Shown one piece after another: positions 57,936-64,000 of a DNA stretch of 64,000 nt. A program made the position numbers and the translations under genes. Source of the DNA: the human T2T-CHM13v2.0 reference genome, Homo sapiens. The number at the start of each line of letters is the position of its first letter. The stretch's first letter is position 1. The stretch lies in NCBI RefSeq assembly GCF_009914755.1, contig NC_060925.1, one strand, 5' to 3'. The notes under the pieces are model-generated. The model did no database searches and was not told the origin of the DNA. It worked only from the letters and a program-made list of their open reading frames with translations.

Positions 57936-59118
57936 TCTCAAAAAAGAGTTTGGGAAGGATTGCTGTTAATTTTTCTTTAAGTGTTTGGTTCAATTCAGCA
58001 GTGAAGTGGTGTGGTCTTGGACTTTTCTTTGTTAGAAGGTGGCCTGTCTTTTTTTAACAAGCCGCTGGAGTGGGGTTGTGGAGTGCAGGAGGGTCTGTCA
58101 GAAGGTTTTTGATTACTGATTCAATGTCTTTACTTGTTATAGGTCTGCAGAGATTTTCTATTTTGCCATGAGTCATACTGGGTTATTTGTATCCTTCTAA
58201 GAATTTGTCCATTTCATCTAGGTTATCTACTCTGTGGGCATACAGTTGTTCCTCTTATAATTCTTTTGTTTTCTGTTGGTCAGTAATAAAATTTTCCCTT
58301 ATACTTCTGATTTTAGTTATTTGCAACATCTCTCTCTCTTTAGCTCTTTTTATTGGGAAGGGGTCAGTCTAATTAAAGGCTGTCAATTTTGTTGACTTCT
58401 AACCAACTAACTTTTTGTTTTATTGATTCTATTATTTTCTAGTCTTTATTTTATTTAGCTGTGCTCTACTCTTTATTATTTCATTCCTTCTGCTATCTTT
58501 GGATTCAGTTTGCTCTTCTTTTTCTAGTACCTTAAGATATAAAGTTAGGTTAGTGATTTTTACTTTCTTCCCTTTTAGTCCTTCCTTTTAATACAGGCAT
58601 TTATAGTTACAAATTTCTCTCTTGAGCACTGCCTTTATGGCATCTGTAAGTTCTGGTGTATTGTATTTTCATTTTCATTCACGTATTTTCTAATTTCCCT
58701 GGTGATTTATTCTTTGACCTATGGTTGCTTAAGAGTGTGTTCATTGATTTCCACATATTTTTGAGCATTCCAGGTTTTTTTTTTCCCTGTAATTGATTTC
58801 TAGCTCCATTCCATTGTGGTTGGAGATGATACCTCATACGACTTCAATCTTCTTCCATTTACTAAAATGTTTTTTGGCCTAACATGTGGTCTATCCTGGA
58901 GAATCTGCCATGTGTACTTTAAAAGAATGTATATTTTGCTGTTGTTGGGTGAAAAGTTCTATATATGGTTGTCTCTCAGTATCCATAGGGCACTGATTCC
59001 AGGACCCTACTTGAATACCTAAAATCCACGGATGCTCAAGTCTCATATATACAATGGTACAGTGTTTGCATACAACCTACACACATCCTCCCATATACTT
59101 TAAATCACCTCTAGATTA

Positions 59119-60269
<1,151 letters not shown>

Positions 60270-61821
60270 TACTTACAATACCTAATGTGATATAAATGCT
60301 ATATAAGTAGGTTTTACATTTGGAACAATGACAAGAAAAATCATCTGTACATGTTCGGTACAAATGCACCCATCTAATTTTCTTCCTCCAAATATTTTTG
60401 ATCCATGGTTGGTTGAATCCACGAATGCAGAACTCATGGATATGAAGGGCTGACTCTGTATCTGTTAGGTCTAGTTGGTTATAGTGGTGTTCACAACCTC
60501 AATATCCTTATTGATCTTGTGTGCATATGTTCTATCCATTATTAGAAGTGAGATATTGAAGTCCTTAACTCTTTTTGTAGGGCTATTTCTCTCTTTAAGT
60601 CTGTCAAAAGTATTCTCAATGAAGTGAAGATTCCTACAATCTTTAAAAGGGCCAAAATATGTTTTAACCCTTTACTACATGCCAGGTTCTGGTCTATACA
60701 TGTTAAATGCATTAACTTATTTACTAGGTAGGTGTTATATTATCTCAAATTTCTAAATGACACAGAGATGTGTTTGGCAAGTAGGTAAACATGATACAGA
60801 GTCTCCAATGAAGTAATGTTTATTGTAGAAAAAAATAAAAAGCAAACCATTAGATAAATCATGTGAATGAAAGTTAGAAAACCTGGGTTTACATTGTACT
60901 CTATCACTTATGACTCTAAAATATTTAACTCTTCTGACCCTCAATTTTCTCAAATAAAAATAATGCCTAAGATTTCTTCCAGTTTGTACTTTATTATTCT
61001 TATCATCCAAAGCACCCAGAATAGTGCTGGAAACAAAGCAGGCCCTGACTGAAAAGTATCTGGGATGGTGATGTAATTACTTCTACATACTAATCCTGCT
61101 CTAGAGGTATATAGAAGACACATCTCTACTTCGTAAAGCTAACCAGGACTATGAATTCATGATGAACTAAAACTCCCAAAACAAAAACAAGAATAAAATC
61201 AAGAGTTTATATTTCTATTTACAGCAAAGGAATTTGACTTGCAACCACTGAAATTCAATTGTCAGACAAAGTAAGCTCTGACCAATTCTACCACATGATT
61301 CATTCATTAACTTAACAGGTTTATTAAACAAGTATTCAATATCTGGTCCTTTGCCAGGGCCAAATTAACAATATAACTGTCTGTGTTTTCAATAAGCTAG
61401 GTCACAGTTTAGTTGGAAATATACAGATTTGCAAATAAATAATTACAATAAGAGCTAAGCTACAGGTATTAACAGAATTCCAAGAAGCAGTACAGGAGTA
61501 TGTAGATTTTAAGGAGTATGATTCTTACATGTTATGGATAATTAGACACTAGACTAAGCATGGTCCTAAAAGAAGTAGGTGAAATGGGGGCTGACAGATA
61601 TAGCAGAGAAAACAGGATGGAAAAAGTTTCCAGTCAAAAAAGATAAAAGGCAGATACCACACTCAGACTATTACTTAGTATGGTAAAAATATCACGTCAA
61701 TTTGATCTTAATTCACTCACTGTAATATACATAATACTATTATACTAACAGTTACTGAACACTTATAATGTGTCAGCTTACAAATGTATGTATGTACTCG
61801 TGACATGAAATAGTTTTATAG

Positions 61822-62147
<326 letters not shown>

Positions 62148-62676
62148 CCATAATGTTCTGTCCAATGTTACATGTTACACAGCAAGTAACTGGTGAAAGC
62201 AAGAAGTTAAGAATAGGTAGTCTAACTCCAGAACGGCTCAAGAATTTCCCTTGCAAAGCACCTTCTGCTGAGATGTTTTAGACTATGCCCATTATCATCT
62301 TATCCTAACAGACACAAGTGTCTGCAAAGCTACCCCTGAGCTTCTCCTGAGTCATTTATGAGATATATAGAGGGTCTGGATATCTAACCATGACTCCCAT
62401 GCAGATTACCAGTACATCTTGTGTAGGTCTGCATAAACATTCTAACTCCCTCCTGATAGATTCATATTTCCCACTAAACATAGTCCTCCATTTTCTTCAG
62501 CATAATTAAGAAATCTGTATTAGCTTCCTACTGGTAAGAACGAGAATTATGAATAGTAGGTTTGAAGAAAGGCTAGTTTTCACTGCACACCGAATACAGT
62601 ATACAAGCTAACACTCCTAACAAGCCTAAAGAGAAGAAAATCAATTAAGCTTCATAAATGTGAAGTCAAAAGATAC

Positions 62677-62787
62677 CTTCAGTCCCTCCAATTCATTTTC
62701 CAGTTGCTTAGAATAGTGCTCACTCTGTTCACGTAGCTTCCTGTCTTTAGATGCTTCAGCAGCTAGAGCTTCTGTATGAACTTCCAG
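62677..62787 (-). CDS. CDC42BPA: CDC42BPA coding exon (111 nt, phase 0-0): LEVHTEALAAEASKDRKLREQSEHYSKQLENELEGLK
   Basis: Acceptor ttctgttttaaAG|CTG, donor AAG|GTatct. 37 codons in frame with both neighbours. Confidence 0.97.
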
Positions 62788-63035
62788 CTTTAAAACAGAA
62801 TGAAAAATGCAGATTTCACGGTTATAATTTTTTTCCAAACAAAACATTTATCCCAATGAGAATTTACCTTGTAACAGGAAGATAATTCAAATGTTTAAAT
62901 CCATATTAAATAATATTAATGAACTATAAAAATAACTTTAGAAATATTTTAAAAATTATATATTATATTACTAGTCTCAAAAAGCAGCTTTAATCACTAT
63001 CCCATGGGCACTACAAAATTTGCCTGACTACTAAC

Positions 63036-63278
63036 CTCTTTTTTGGCTCTTTCTGTTCTGCGCAGTTCTTGCCTTAAGCTTTCAACTTTTTGCATCACCA
63101 GGTCCACCTCTTCTTCCTTATCTCGGACATGGCGAGCAAGTTTCTGTTTTTGGGTGTGCAATTCTGTTAGCCGCTCATTGATCTCCATGAATTCCTGCAT
63201 GGCCAGTTTCCTCTGACAGTGTGCGTCTTTCAGCTCTTTGGATTGGTTTTTTAATCGCTCACTAGCCTGGACTAGTTC
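63036..63278 (-). CDS. CDC42BPA: CDC42BPA coding exon (243 nt, phase 0-0): [30 protein letters not shown]...[13 protein letters not shown]-motif coiled coil
   Basis: Acceptor ...acaaaactgtAG|GAA, donor GAG|GTtagt. 81 codons matching the MRCK-alpha coiled coil. Overlaps ORF 62997..63200. Confidence 0.97.
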
Positions 63279-64000
63279 CTACAGTTTTGTAAAAAGAATA
63301 TAAGTTACCAATTCTGCAACCTAGAGACCAAATTTGGCCATCAGAATAGCTATCATTAAGTCAAGAAGAGCCAAAATTATTCACCTTAGGACAAATTAAA
63401 AGAAATAAACTACTTCTGAACAGATATTAACGGCATGGTGTCCTGATATAGTCTCAATTCCTTATGCTAATACAGTAAATGCACAGGAGCTGCTGATTTA
63501 ACCTTATAGTACCTTAGTTTCCACAAATGAGGAAAAAGTTTAGGAATAAACGATATGATGGTCAAAATAAATATTTGTGAAATTTAATAAATATGTGTGA
63601 GGTTGTTTTCATAAAAAACAAGTGTTGCCCTTGACATGGAGGCTACGCCTCAAGCCAGAAGCAAGGAGATAGAAACTAAACCGGAGACTCCCTAATTAAA
63701 ATGAGAAACTTAGAGGAGAGCTAAAGTGGACTCAGGGCAGTACCACTACCTGCCTCCCAGCAAAAGGAAATGCAAATTTTCTTTGGGGGAAAGAAGTGCA
63801 ATGAAATCTGAATTTTTCACATATTAAGAACAAACAAGAATGAGCTCACAACCACAGATTCCAAAATACTCAAAGAACAAAGCACCACAATCAAACAACA
63901 AAAACAATAAAAATAAACATCAAAGGTATCTTGGTATTAAAATCATTAGATATCAACACAAAATTGCTACATATGAAATATTTCAAGGAATAAAGGATGA

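Noticed and set aside
62667-62676. Donor GTATCTTTTG resembling a U12-type 5' splice site
   Set aside because: It deviates from GTATCCTT, and the downstream acceptor has a U2-type branch point (CACTAAT) and pyrimidine tract with no TCCTTAAC.

Overview
Mammalian genomic DNA, almost certainly human (primate Alu/L1/MER content). The window lies inside CDC42BPA (MRCK-alpha, a DMPK-family Ser/Thr kinase), which is transcribed on the minus strand. I traced 12 coding exons by hand, all with GT-AG boundaries and consistent phases. Nine encode the coiled-coil region, from the KELK motif through the DMPK_coil domain (63036-63278 down to 20142-20218). Three are small frame-preserving cassette exons of 48, 39 and 105 nt. 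The kinase domain and the C1/PH/CNH/CRIB exons lie outside the window. The introns contain about 19 Alus, old L1M/L2/MIR elements, several LTRs and Tigger/MER DNA transposons, some deeply nested. Most notable observation: reading through the 5' splice site of the 39-nt cassette exon stays open for 72 codons. These end in a 38-residue uncharged, Cys-rich segment followed by RK and a stop, then a long repeat-poor stretch with a well-formed poly(A)-site candidate. This predicts a truncated, membrane-anchored MRCK-alpha with DMPK-like architecture (kinase, coiled coil, hydrophobic tail). The same sequence carries a dense MBNL/RBFOX motif cluster. Most ORFs in the supplied track are Alu-, L1- or chance-derived. 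Repeat subfamily names are from recall of consensus sequences, and repeat boundaries are approximate.
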